A stretch of 64,000 nucleotides of DNA, from NCBI GenBank assembly GCA_964016885.1, contig OZ024757.1, forward strand, positions 22,940,001 to 23,004,000, given 5' to 3'. The position numbers and the translations under genes are program-made. The notes beneath the pieces were generated by a model. It searched no databases, was not told the origin of the DNA, and saw only the letters and a list, made by a program, of their open reading frames with translations. Below are positions 1-12,104 of the stretch, piece by piece. Source of the DNA: Eledone cirrhosa. Taxonomy: Eukaryota. Numbering within the stretch: the stretch's first letter is position 1; each line of letters opens with the position of its first letter.

Positions 1-32
<32 letters not shown>

Positions 33-173
33 CATATATATATGTATGCATATATATATATACGTATATACGTGTATATATATGTATGCATACATATATA
101 TACATACATATATATATGTTTGCATACATATATATATATATGTATGCATACATATATATATATGTATGCATAC

Positions 174-208
<35 letters not shown>

Positions 209-502
209 CGTATATATGTATGCATATATATATATATACGTATATATATGTATGCATACATACATATATATATATATATATACATATATATGTATGCATA
301 TATACATATATATATATATATACATATATATGTATGCATATATATGTATATATACATATATATGTATGCATATATATATATATCTATATATATATATATA
401 TATGTATGCATATATATATATACATATACATATATATGTATGCATATATATATACATATATGTATGCATACATGTATATATATATATATATATGCCTACA
501 TG

Positions 503-534
<32 letters not shown>

Positions 535-610
535 TATATATATATATACATAAATACATGTATGCATACATGTATATATATATATATACATATACACATA
601 TGTATACATA
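1..610. repeat. Compound (TA)n/TACA/TGCA microsatellite
   Basis: Almost pure purine-pyrimidine alternation; the YIYI ORFs here are artefacts. Confidence 0.95.
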
Positions 611-612
611 AA

Positions 613-1107
613 TCATCATCATCATCATCATCGTTTAACGTCCATATTCCATGCTTGCATGGGTTTGGACGGAGGGTTTTCCCACTTGAGGCAAGAGTGG
701 TTATCTTGCTCGCATAGGACTATCTGGCGGGTTTTCTACAGCTGGATGCCCTTCCTAACACCAACCACATTTACAGTGTGGGGCTGGGAGGTTTTTACCG
801 TGTTGCCTACACGGCCACATTACAGCGTGAACTGTGTGTTTTTTGACGTGACACCTACACGATCTCATTTGTTTCGGCCTGGATGTTGTGGCACCAACAT
901 AACTTTACATTGAAAGGGGTGGTGTGGATGAGGTGGGGGTAGTGAGACGGGGTTGTATTTTTGTTAGAGGTGCCTACTGACTGTAGTAGGTTTTACTTTG
1001 TACTTAGGTAAGGCGGGTCTTCTCTATTACTGAGTACCGCCAAAGGTCTCGGTCCAGTGACATTGTCTTGGTGAGGTGTAAGTGTGTGAGGTCGGAATTT
1101 ATCAGAT
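613..1107 (-). mobile_element. 5'-truncated RTE-derived element: ORF C-terminus (..LTKTMSLDRDLWRYSVIEKTRLT*), long 3' region with GGTTGGTGTTAGGAAGGGCATCC domain, (GAT)n tail
   Basis: The minus-strand translation matches RTE ORF ends. A near-identical copy lies at 18622-19197. Ends in GGACGTTAAAC(GAT)n. Confidence 0.75.
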
Positions 1108-1121
1108 ATACATATCTATAC

Positions 1122-1162
<41 letters not shown>

Positions 1163-1227
1163 CATGCTAGCATGGAAGATGGACGTTAAACGATGATGAT
1201 GATGATGATATATATATGTATACATAT

Positions 1228-1465
1228 ATGGATGTGTAATAGTAATATACGCGAATGGCAGAGCATAAATGAATTGAGAGAGAGACTGAGCATAAGAGGA
1301 ATCAAATGCTGTGTGCAGGAGAGGCGGTTGTGTTGGTATGGACGTGTGATGCGTATGAAGGATGACAGCTGCATAAAAAGGTGCAGAGCACTAGAAGTCA
1401 ATGGAAACCGCGGAGTGGGGAGACCAAAGAAAACCTGCAATGAGGTGATAAAAGCCGATCTAACC
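1228..1465 (+). mobile_element. RTE-clade LINE fragment (post-RT C-terminal region)
   Basis: WMCN..INELRERLSIRGIKCCVQERRLCWYGRVMRMKDD..GRPKKT matches the RTE RLRWYGHVMR/GRPRKTW motifs. Confidence 0.85.
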
Positions 1466-1741
1466 CAATAATAGACTAAGTAAACCACAGTAATAGACCA
1501 GGTAAACCACAATAATAGACCAAGTAAACCACAATAATAGTACAGGTAAACCACAATAATAGACCAGGTAAACCACAATAATAGTACAGGTAAACCACAG
1601 TAATAGACCAAGTAAACCACAGTAATAGACCAAGTAAACCACAGTAATAGACCAAGTAAACCACAATAATAGTACAGGTAAACCACAATAATAGTACAGG
1701 TAAACCACAATAATAGTACAGGTAAACCACAATAATAGTAC
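1466..1741 (+). repeat. 22-bp minisatellite (AATAATAGTACAGGTAAACCAC and variants), about 12 copies
   Basis: Direct tandem repeats starting at the break point of the RTE fragment. Confidence 0.9.
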
Positions 1742-2021
1742 ATATATGCCAATCATTTCCAAAGCCTATTTCAAGTAGATCCCTAATTCTTCACCATTTA
1801 TGTCTGCTGCAGTAAAAGCAATTCTCCTTAAATTTTTAGCAGATAAAAAACTTACTTTTTCAAAATAATTAGCAATATTTCATTGTACTTATCAAGAAAT
1901 AATTTTTTTTCTCTCGTTTACTTTTCCACACCTCTTCATATTCCCCTACCTTACTCATTCTTTCTCTCTCTCTCTCTCTCTTTATCCATCTATCTATCTA
2001 AGTTTTTACCAATGTCTTTTA

Positions 2022-2073
<52 letters not shown>

Positions 2074-2083
2074 ATATATATAT

Positions 2084-2431
2084 ATGAGATCGTGTAGGTG
2101 TCACGACAAAAAAACACACAGTCCACGCTGTAATGTGGCCGTGTAGGAAACACGGTAAAAACCTCCCAGCCCCACACTGTAAATGTGGTTGGTGTTAGGA
2201 AGGGCATCCAGCTGTAGAAAACCCGCCACACAGTCCACGCTGTAATGTGGCCGTGTAGGAAACACGGTAAAAACCTCCCAGTCCCACACTGTAAATGGGG
2301 TTGGTGTTAGGAAGGGCATCCAACTGTAGAAAACCTGCCAGACAGTCCTATGCGAGCAAGACAACCACTCTTGCCTCAAGTGGGAAAACTCCCGTCCAAA
2401 CCCAAGCAAGCGTGGAACATGGACGTTAAAC

Positions 2432-2463
<32 letters not shown>
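2084..2463 (+). mobile_element. 3' part of the same RTE-derived element as 613-1107, with an internal ~110-bp duplication
   Basis: Reverse complement of 613-870; the CAGTCCACGCTG..AAACCCGCCA block is duplicated; (GAT)n tail. Confidence 0.8.
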
Positions 2464-2513
<50 letters not shown>

Positions 2514-2520
2514 CAGAAGG

Positions 2521-2908
2521 GATATCCAATTTGTTGGTAATTCAACAAATATAAATGTTTATAACTGATTCAGAGCACTCTACAATGTTTTCTGGAGTAT
2601 AATATACAATGATATTAAATAAATGGAAAGTATATTTATAAAACCATATTTATTCTATTTCAAGGCTACCAAAATTTTGGTACGCTATCATCAGATAAAA
2701 TACGAAGTGTGTTTGGATAAGGATCCTTATCCAGGGATAACTTGAGCCGTTAAGGTGTATTCTCCTTAGTTATGTCAAAATTTATAAAACACACTTCGTA
2801 TTTTATCTGATGATAGCGTACCAAAATTTTGGTACCCTTGAAATATATATAATAGAATAAATATGGTTTTATAAATATAGTTTCCATTTATTTAATATTA
2901 TTGTATAT
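2521..2908. mobile_element. Penelope-like pLTR-type inverted-repeat element carrying a hammerhead
   Basis: Inverted arms at about 2602-2714 and 2787-2908; (TA)n on the left; shares motifs with the 9.2-9.5 kb element. Confidence 0.65.
2799..2859 (+). ncRNA. Minimal type I hammerhead ribozyme motif
   Basis: TATTTTAT-CTGATGA-(GTACCAAAATTTTGGTAC hairpin)-GAAA-TATATA-TA/ATAGAATA. Stem I has 8 pairs, stem III is palindromic, predicted cleavage after 2851. Confidence 0.75.
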
Positions 2909-3061
2909 ATGTGGTTGGTGTTAGGAAGGGCATCCAGCTGTAGAAAACCCGCCAGATAGTCCTATGCGAGCAAGATAACCACTCTTGCCTCAAGTGGGAC
3001 AACCCTCCGTCCAAACCCATGCAAGCGTGGAACACGGACGTTAAACGATGATGATGATGAT
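2909..3061 (+). mobile_element. 3' end fragment of the RTE-derived element with (GAT)n tail
   Basis: Matches the reverse complement of 613-770. Confidence 0.8.
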
Positions 3062-3382
3062 ATATGTGTGTGTGTGTGTGTGTGTGTGTCTAATATATAT
3101 TTGTGAAATGGGTGATGGTTGAAATTCAGATGTGCACGGTTAAATGGTAGTAGACGTGGTCAGACTGACATGAAATTTTACAGACCTATGTAAAAAGTGC
3201 CAAGGAAGCAAGCAGATGAGATTTCAAATCTCTAACTTGAAAAATGTGGTCCCTGGGGCCCCAAAACTATCGCGTTCGGTGAGTTATTTCCCCCTGTTCT
3301 AATACTTTTGTCTTATTTACAATTTCATACAAATAAAGCAGTAAATAAAGGATTATGAGTTCATGCAATTGACTTATGTTTC

Positions 3383-3413
<31 letters not shown>

Positions 3414-4599
3414 ATATGAAAACGCTTTAATAAAAAAAAAAAATCAACTGTAATGTATGTATGCATGTATTTATGTGTTTATATGACCGGGGATATGCAA
3501 GTAAATCTTACTTTGTTGAAAGCTGCCCCTTAGCATAATATTCATGCTAGAACAGCATATATTTGAAAGTTTTCAGGGAGTTGAATTACTGATTTTGGAT
3601 CGGCAGCTTTAGCTTTGAAAAAATGAAATGTGCAGTGTAAACATTTTTTATTATTCCTCCGGGGAAGAATCTTCTCTGCCTTTTTCCATCTCTTTCTTTC
3701 TCTCTGGAAGAAATCAGCCGTAGTAAGACCTAAAAAAATGGTTAGATACAGCATGACGCACCGTGCATCATGGTGGAGTTGAAAAGCAGACTCAGAACAT
3801 GGCGTTGTGTGGGGTGGCTTGCAGCCCAATGTTCCAGGGGGAGCAAAAGAAGAAGAAGAAAAAGAAGTGAGCTGGAGTCCTATTAAATATGCAGCGAAAA
3901 TTTACACAGTTATGCAGAATGACCCGAGGAGGCATTGGGCCGACTTTCAAGTTACAATCTTCCATGGTTACAGAAAAAAATCGATGAAACAGGAATTTCC
4001 CATTCAAATTGAACTGAGAGTAATCTGTGAACGCAGAAGTAAATATTTTGAGAAACGTTGCAACCGAACGAAAACAGGGAGATGATATTTTGGTTCGTGA
4101 AGACGTTCCCTGGCAATGAACGGGAAAAAAGCGAGGATAATACGTTGTTGTGTGGAGCGTGAAGAACAATTTCATGCAAAGACAAGACCAAGTTTATGGT
4201 ATAAATGGAGTCGTTAGACTAATATTCTATTTAACATAACAGAATGATTTCCAGCCCCAGAGTTTAATAATGATGTAAATAAAATTGAAAACGAAAATGA
4301 CTGAGGTTATTAAAATAGTAAAAGTAAATAGTGAAGATTTAGGCCAGTACATACGTATGCCACGACGGACATACACATACATACGCACACACAAATACAT
4401 ACACACCCACACACGAACACACGCGAGTATGTATAAACCTTATGTATTTCTACAGTATTTTCACCAAACTTAAGACATAGGTTACTTATGTACTCCAGGT
4501 GGGCATGGGCACTGTCATTTTCCCAGATATTGATTATAGGGCCCCCCGGCAGATAACCCCTTTAACCACTTTCTTGGAGTCGACTGAAGCACTGAAGTG

Positions 4600-4864
4600 C
4601 AATGCAACAAAACGTCATAACTTCTGGAGTTCGCAACCGATTTTCACAAAACTTGACACATGGGCTACGTTTGTCCTACAGATGAATGTGAACTCTCAGA
4701 ATTGGCACATATTGGGTAGGGGACTCCTGGGGGCAGGAACCCCCTTTTGGAAAAAACCGATGATTTTGTAAAAGTATAATTTTCGAAGCAGCACTGAAGT
4801 ATTGACATAAATGGTACACACATTTGCTATTTAATACCCGAGCAACGCCGGGTACCTCTGCTAG
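4600..4864 (+). mobile_element. Non-autonomous Helitron-like 3' end
   Basis: Hairpin TACCCG-AGCAACGC-CGGGTA (4835-4854) followed 6 nt later by CTAG then T. The 5' boundary is uncertain. Confidence 0.6.
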
Positions 4865-4868
4865 TATA

Positions 4869-4902
<34 letters not shown>

Positions 4903-5077
4903 CCTCTTACTCGATCCATCTCTTGCTTACACCTCCCACCCCCTCACCAATTCCAGTCAGAAGTAAGAACCATGTCTCAGGGTTGAAAAATTAACAAAAC
5001 AGAACACTTCCTTCCTTTACACCCCCACCATTACTGCACTCCATTCTTCTTATATTTACATTTACTTCACATATTCT

Positions 5078-5365
5078 TTATTGTCTTTCTTTTTTTCTTT
5101 TTTTCCTTTATCTTTATTGTCTTTCTTTCTTTTATCTTCATTGTCTTTCTTTCTTTCTTTTATCTTCATTGTCTTTCTTTCTTTTATCTTCATTGTCTTT
5201 CTTTCTTTTATCTTTGTCTTTCTTTTCTTTATTTTTTTTCTTTCTGTCTTTCTTTCTATCTTTCTTTCTCCCCTTTTTCTTTCTTTCCTTTTTCTTTCTC
5301 TATTTTCTTTGTTTCTTTTTTTTCTTTCTTTCTATCTATCTTTCTATCTTTCCTTTCTTGTCATT

Positions 5366-5399
<34 letters not shown>

Positions 5400-5405
5400 C
5401 TACCT
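5078..5405. repeat. Polypyrimidine CTTT/CT/CTAT low-complexity tract
   Basis: Direct inspection. Confidence 0.9.
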
Positions 5406-5589
5406 ACCTTTCCACCACAATACAGGTGTTTTAATATAATTTGTAGAGGGAGCCACCAACTAAATATGAGACCCAATTAGATATTAACGAGATTAGAAGA
5501 ATCTAGAAAAGCCAACATCATTTGCTACACTTTCACTGCTGGCGCCATTCCATTCAAATTTAGCTCCTCTCTTCCTCTAGACATTACCT

Positions 5590-6320
5590 GCTTCTTCTTC
5601 TTCTTCTTGTAGCTGTTGTTGTGGTTGTTGTGGTTGTAGCTATTGTTGTGGTTGTAGCTGCTGTTGTTGTTGTAGCTGTTGTTGTAGCTGTGGTTGTTGT
5701 TGTTGTTGTTGTAGTAGTAGTAGTAGCTATTGATGTGGTGTTTGCTGTTGTCGTCGTCGTAGTAGTAATAGTAGTAGTAGCAGTAGTAGTAGTAGCTATT
5801 GTTTTTACCATTGTTGTTGTTGTTGTAGCTGCTTTCTTTGTTGGTTGTTGTTGTTGTTATTACACCTGTTGCTGGTGTTGTTATAACTATTGTTGCTATT
5901 GTTGTTGTAGTTATTGTTGTTGCTGTTGTTGTTGTAATAGCTGTTGCTATTGGAGTTAGTGATGTAGCTGCTGTTGTTGTTGTTGTTATAGTTATTGTTG
6001 TTGTAGTTATGTGTGTAATAGCTGGTGCTATTGTAGTTAGTGATGTAGCTGCTGTTGTTGCTATTGCTGTTGTAGTTATTGTTGTAATAGCTGGTGCTAT
6101 TGTAGTTAGTGATGTAGCTGCTGTTGTTGTTGCTATTGTTGTTGTAGTTATTGTTGTAATAGCTGGTGCTATTGTAGTTAGTGATGTAGCTGCTGTTGTT
6201 GTTGCTATTGCTGTTGTAGTTATTGTTGTAATAGCTGGTGCTATTGTAGTTAGTGATGTTGTTGTTGTTGTTTTGCTAATGCTGTAGTGTTGTTCTAGTT
6301 GTTGTTGTTTTTGTTGTCTC
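5590..6320. repeat. GTT/GTA/GCT trinucleotide-rich array with ~63-bp higher-order repeats
   Basis: GTAATAGCTGGTGCTATTGTAGTTAGTGATGTAGCT block repeated at about 6015-6260. Confidence 0.9.
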
Positions 6321-6475
6321 TAACTTTCACAGAATCACCTGAATTACTGGTACTCCATATCAAAGAGACATCAAACAGCACAACAACAACAACAACAACA
6401 GCAGCAGCAGCAGTTAAATAACAATATTTACATTTTAAAAAAAAGTAATACTAGAAAGGTAGATGGGAATGGTGG

Positions 6476-7810
6476 AGAAGAAGGAGAAGAAGAAGAAGAA
6501 GAAGAAGAAGGAGGAGGAGGAGGAGGAGGAGGAGGAGGAGAAGAAGAACCAATCAACAACAATAGCAGCTACAGCTACAAGAACCACAACAACAGGTTCA
6601 GCAACAAAGATAACTGCAACAACTACAACAACAACAAATACAACAGCCACTACAACAACTACAACTACAACAACGACAACAAATACAACAGCCACTACAA
6701 CAAATACAACAGCCACTACAACAACTACAACTACAACAACGACAACAAATACAACAGCCACTACAACAAATACAACAGCCACTACAACAACTACAACAAC
6801 TACAACAACTACAACAGCCACAACTACAACACATACAACAGCCACTACAACAACTACAACAGCCACTACAACAACAACAGCCACTACAACAACTACAACA
6901 GCCACGACAACAACTACAACAACTACTACAACAACAACAAATACAACAGCCACAACAACTACAACAGCCACTACAACAACTACAACAGCCACTACAACAA
7001 CTACAACAGCCACTACAACAACTACAACACATACAACAGCCACTACAACAACTACAACAGCCACTACAACAACTACAACAGCCACTACAACAACTACAAC
7101 AGCCACTACAACAACTACAACAGCCACTACAACAACTACAACAGCCACTACAACAACTACAACAGCCACTACATCAAAAACAGCAACAACTACAACACAT
7201 ACAACAGCCACTACAACAACAACAGCCACTACAACAACAACTACAACAGCCACTACAACAACTACAACAGCCACTACAACAACAACTACAACTACAACAA
7301 CAACAACTACAACAGCCACTACAACAACTACAACAGCCACTACAACAACAACAGCCACTACAACAACAACAGCCACTACAACAACTACAACAGCCACTAC
7401 AACAACTATAACAGCCACTACAACAACAACTACAACAGCCACTACAACAACTACAACAGCCACTACAACTACAACAACCACAACTACAACAACAACAGCC
7501 ACTACAACAACAACTACAACAGCCACTACAACAAGTACAACAACCACAACTACAACAACAACAGCCACAACTACAACACATACAACAACCACTACAACAG
7601 CTACTACAACAACTACAACAGCCACTACAACAACTACAACAACCACTACAACAACTACAACAGCAACTACAACAACTACAATAGCCACTACAACAACTAC
7701 AACAGCCACTACAACAACTACAACTACAACAAATACAACAACTACAACAGCCATTACAACAACAACTGCAACAGTAAAACAGCCAAAATAACTGGAACAA
7801 CAACAACAAT
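6476..7810. repeat. (GAA)n(GGA)n followed by ACA/ACT/GCC trinucleotide minisatellite (open Thr-rich frame)
   Basis: Repeated GCCACTACAACAACTACAACA units; no unique coding sequence. Confidence 0.9.
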
Positions 7811-7939
7811 AATTACCAAATAAAGAAAAATTCATTTTCAAGGAAAACTATCAGTGTTTCGGTGATTGAAATAAGAAAAGCATCTGAGTAATTAGATGAA
7901 TAATACCTTATATGGTAAAAAAAAGAAACAAAGCAACAA

Positions 7940-9190
<1,251 letters not shown>

Positions 9191-9511
9191 TAGAAGTTAT
9201 ATTTAATTTGTTGGGATACAACGAGCAAATATTTTTATAACTGATATAAAGCACTCAACAAATTATTGGAGTAAAAACATCCCAGACACTAATTTGCATA
9301 ATAGACCGATAATAAAATTAGTAAGCCCACTATCCGGGAGCTTCCAACCGACATGGTCGCATTCTTTAAGGGTATGTCAATATTTGTTTATAAAACTGAT
9401 CTATATTATATTTTATCTGATGAAAGTGCACCATAATTTGCTTTTGTGTCCTTGAAATATGTATAATGAAATAAATATGGTTTTATAAATATAGTTTCCA
9501 TCTGTGAATAT

Positions 9512-9515
<4 letters not shown>
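9191..9515 (+). mobile_element. Hammerhead-bearing pLTR-like element between (TA)n tracts
   Basis: Shares ATAACTGAT..AGCACTC..GGAGTA, TATGTCAA and AATAAATATGGTTTTATAAATATAGTTTCCAT with the 2.5-2.9 kb element. Confidence 0.65.
9409..9473 (+). ncRNA. Minimal type I hammerhead ribozyme motif
   Basis: TATTTTAT-CTGATGA-(imperfect stem II)-GAAA-TATGTA-TA/ATGAAATA. Confidence 0.65.
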
Positions 9516-9560
<45 letters not shown>

Positions 9561-9561
9561 C

Positions 9562-9714
9562 GTGGTTGGTGTTAGGAAGGGCATCCAGCCGTAGAAAACC
9601 CGCCAGACAGTCCTATACGAGCAGGACGACAAATCTGGCCTCAAGTGGGAAAACTCCCGTCCAAACCCATGCAAGCGTGGAAGATGGACGTTAAACGATG
9701 ATGATGATGATGAT
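9562..9714 (+). mobile_element. 3' end fragment of the RTE-derived element
   Basis: GGTTGGTGTTAGGAAGGGCATCC...GGACGTTAAAC(GAT)n. Confidence 0.8.
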
Positions 9715-9955
9715 ATTTATATATATACATATATATATGAACACACAACCCAAAAGCACTTGGCACTGCAGTCGGTAATTTATATAACTCTCTCCCTCTC
9801 TCTCTTTCTTTCTCTGTGGGTTTGTGTGTGTATGTGTGTGTGTGTGCGTAAAATACCTTACCTTACAAATATTGTCAATTGATATTCCCAAAAGTTAGTC
9901 ACTGATCAAAATCAACATATATATGTATGTGTATGCACATGTGTATGTGTGCATG

Positions 9956-10004
<49 letters not shown>

Positions 10005-10007
<3 letters not shown>

Positions 10008-10580
10008 TTATTCCAGGTTCAATCGAAGGTAACCACAATAAGTAAGGTACTCAATACATAGCAGAGTATAAATGTTATAAATATAGAAAAGTTTCTACAG
10101 GACTAGAACTGTTTCATCATCATCATCATCATCATTTCATTTTACGTCCGCTTTTCCCTGCTTGCAAGGGTGGGACGGGAACTGATTCTGGCTTAATTTC
10201 TACAGCTGGATGCCCTTCCTAACACCAACCTCATTTACAGTGAGTGCTGGGTGCTTTTTTGCCGTGGCACCTCCACGACCACTTTGCAGTGAGTGCTGGG
10301 TGCTTTTTTGCCGTGGCACCTCCACGACCACTTTACAGTGGAATGATAGGGACCCCAGTCCCTATCATCTCATTTCTACAGCTGAGTAAACTGGAGCAAT
10401 GTGAAATAAAGTGTCTTGCTCAAGGAAACAACACATCACCCGGTCTGAGAATTGAACTCACAACCTTTCGATTGCAAGGCCAATGCTCTAACCACTAAGC
10501 CATGTGCATCCATGTGTTTCATTCGTGAGAAATCATCAGGAAGCTTCCTGATGATTTCTAACGAATGAAACAGTTCTAGT
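10005..10580. mobile_element. Palindromic hammerhead element interrupted by a SINE
   Basis: Removing the SINE leaves a palindrome centred on AAGCTT (10541-10546), with CTGATGA..GAAA on both strands. Confidence 0.65.
10118..10514 (-). mobile_element. SINE family A (tRNA head, CORE-like block, Ceph-like block, RTE tail) with TSD TGTTTCAT
   Basis: Pol III A/B boxes TGGCTTAGTGG/GTTCAATTC, CCTTGAGCAAGACACTT block, (GAT)n tail, TSD at 10110-10117 and 10515-10522. Confidence 0.9.
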
Positions 10581-10761
10581 ATTATAATATATATATATAT
10601 ATATGTGTGTGAGTATATATATGTATATTTGTATACATATATATCCATTCAATAACCTTCTTTAATTACATAGACTCATAACCAAACCACATGCTAACAC
10701 TAATATACATATATATATATATAATATATAAGATCAAAAGATGGTTAAAGGAGTTCCATGT

Positions 10762-10830
10762 ATTTTATTATGCGCATTTCAAAAACAAACATCATCATGC
10801 AATAATATTTGTGTTTTCATCAGATAAAAC
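10762..10830 (-). ncRNA. Minimal type I hammerhead motif (minus-strand copy)
   Basis: Reverse complement of 10916-10984. Confidence 0.8.
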
Positions 10831-10915
10831 AGGAGAACATGATATGAAGGCTAAAAAACACTTGTGGATAGTGCAGTTTTAAATCAACATATTAGCCTTC
10901 ATATCATGTTCTCCT

Positions 10916-10984
10916 GTTTTATCTGATGAAAACACAAATATTATTGCATGATGATGTTTGTTTTTGAAATGCGCATAATAAAAT
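10916..10984 (+). ncRNA. Minimal type I hammerhead motif
   Basis: GTTTTAT-CTGATGA-(AAATATTAT/ATGATGTTT stem II)-GAAA-TGCGCA-TA/ATAAAAT; stem III palindrome ATGCGCAT; predicted cleavage after 10977. Confidence 0.8.
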
Positions 10985-11111
10985 ACATGGAACTCCTTTA
11001 ACCATCTTTTGATCTTATATATTATGTATACTCCAGTCCTACAAACTGTAGAGTGCTTCTTATCCGATATCTGCATTGCTTTATTGTACTACAATAAAAC
11101 TCACCTCCTAC

Positions 11112-11142
<31 letters not shown>

Positions 11143-11422
11143 TATAGAGAGAAAGAGATACTTATATTTTTAACATTCAATTTTGGTAGTTTCTTCTAAA
11201 ATGTTTTAAAAGGTTTTAAGCAAATAAATAAATAATCAAAAAATTGAAAAATAAACAAATAAAAATATTTCCAAATTTGCTGAAAAGACAAGATATTTCA
11301 TTTCTCCTTACTTTCCAAGTGTTCCTTCCAATATATTTCATATTTTCAGATATTGATTTGGTTACAAGTTTATGTTAAACTCTTTTTCAATACTTCTACT
11401 TCTTCAAGTTTTATAGTTGTTG

Positions 11423-11474
<52 letters not shown>

Positions 11475-11675
11475 TTAGTTATACTATTTATGGTTATGTA
11501 AACACAAAACCTTAAGCAGTTGTAAGTATTCTACACACACCCTAAATAGTGGTAGGCAGTAATGTATTACTACCTTATTACCAGTAAGTTAAGTAGCTCA
11601 ATGTAAAAACATCAGATGATTTACAGAGCAGTTATATGAAATATAAGAATCAAAGAACTGTTCAAAACATTATTG

Positions 11676-11722
11676 TGCTTACAGCTGTTTCCTCCAAACC
11701 GAGGTTTGGATTCTTCGGAGCA
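11676..11722 (-). ncRNA. Hammerhead-like motif (U4C core variant), minus-strand copy
   Basis: Reverse complement of 11994-12040. Confidence 0.6.
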
Positions 11723-11993
11723 ATTTATTAATGCATGGACAGTTATATGACCTCCTTTTCAGCCGAGAGACATACCAATACATATTCAAACATTGATACA
11801 TATTCAAACATTGTGGGTCAACATTCATTACAGAATTTAGAGTGGCAGTACACACTCGAAGTGTGTACTGCCACTCTAAATTCTGTAATGAATGTTGACC
11901 CACAATGTTTGAATATGTATCAATGTTTGAATATGTATTGGTATGTCTCTCGGCTGAAAAGGAGGTCATATAACTGTCCATGCATTAATAAAT

Positions 11994-12040
11994 TGCTCCG
12001 AAGAATCCAAACCTCGGTTTGGAGGAAACAGCTGTAAGCA
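11994..12040 (+). ncRNA. Hammerhead-like motif (U4C core variant)
   Basis: TGCT-CCGAAGA-ATCCAAACCTCGGTTTGGAG-GAAA-CAGCTG-TA/AGCA; strong stem II; stem III palindrome ACAGCTGT. Confidence 0.6.
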
Positions 12041-12104
12041 CAATAATGTTTTGAACAGTTCTTTGATTCTTATATTTCATATTTCATATATATATATATA
12101 TACA

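Larger units (their letters stand above)
10721..11112. mobile_element. Inverted-repeat hammerhead element: 134-bp arms (10721-10854 and 10892-11025), 37-bp spacer, 3' extension
   Basis: The arms are reverse complements; flanked by (TA)n. Confidence 0.75.
11634..12082. repeat. Perfect palindrome: 223-bp arms, 3-nt loop (CGA, 11857-11859); part of a pLTR-like element spanning about 11471-12082
   Basis: The arms are reverse complements; the ORF track gives mirror-image ORFs on both strands. Confidence 0.95.

Noticed and set aside
6463-7791. Mucin-like Thr-rich CDS
   Set aside because: No signal peptide or unique domain; the opposite strand is equally open, as expected for a trinucleotide array.
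11679-12037. Twin 100-aa ORFs on both strands
   Set aside because: By-product of the DNA palindrome; no recognisable protein motif.
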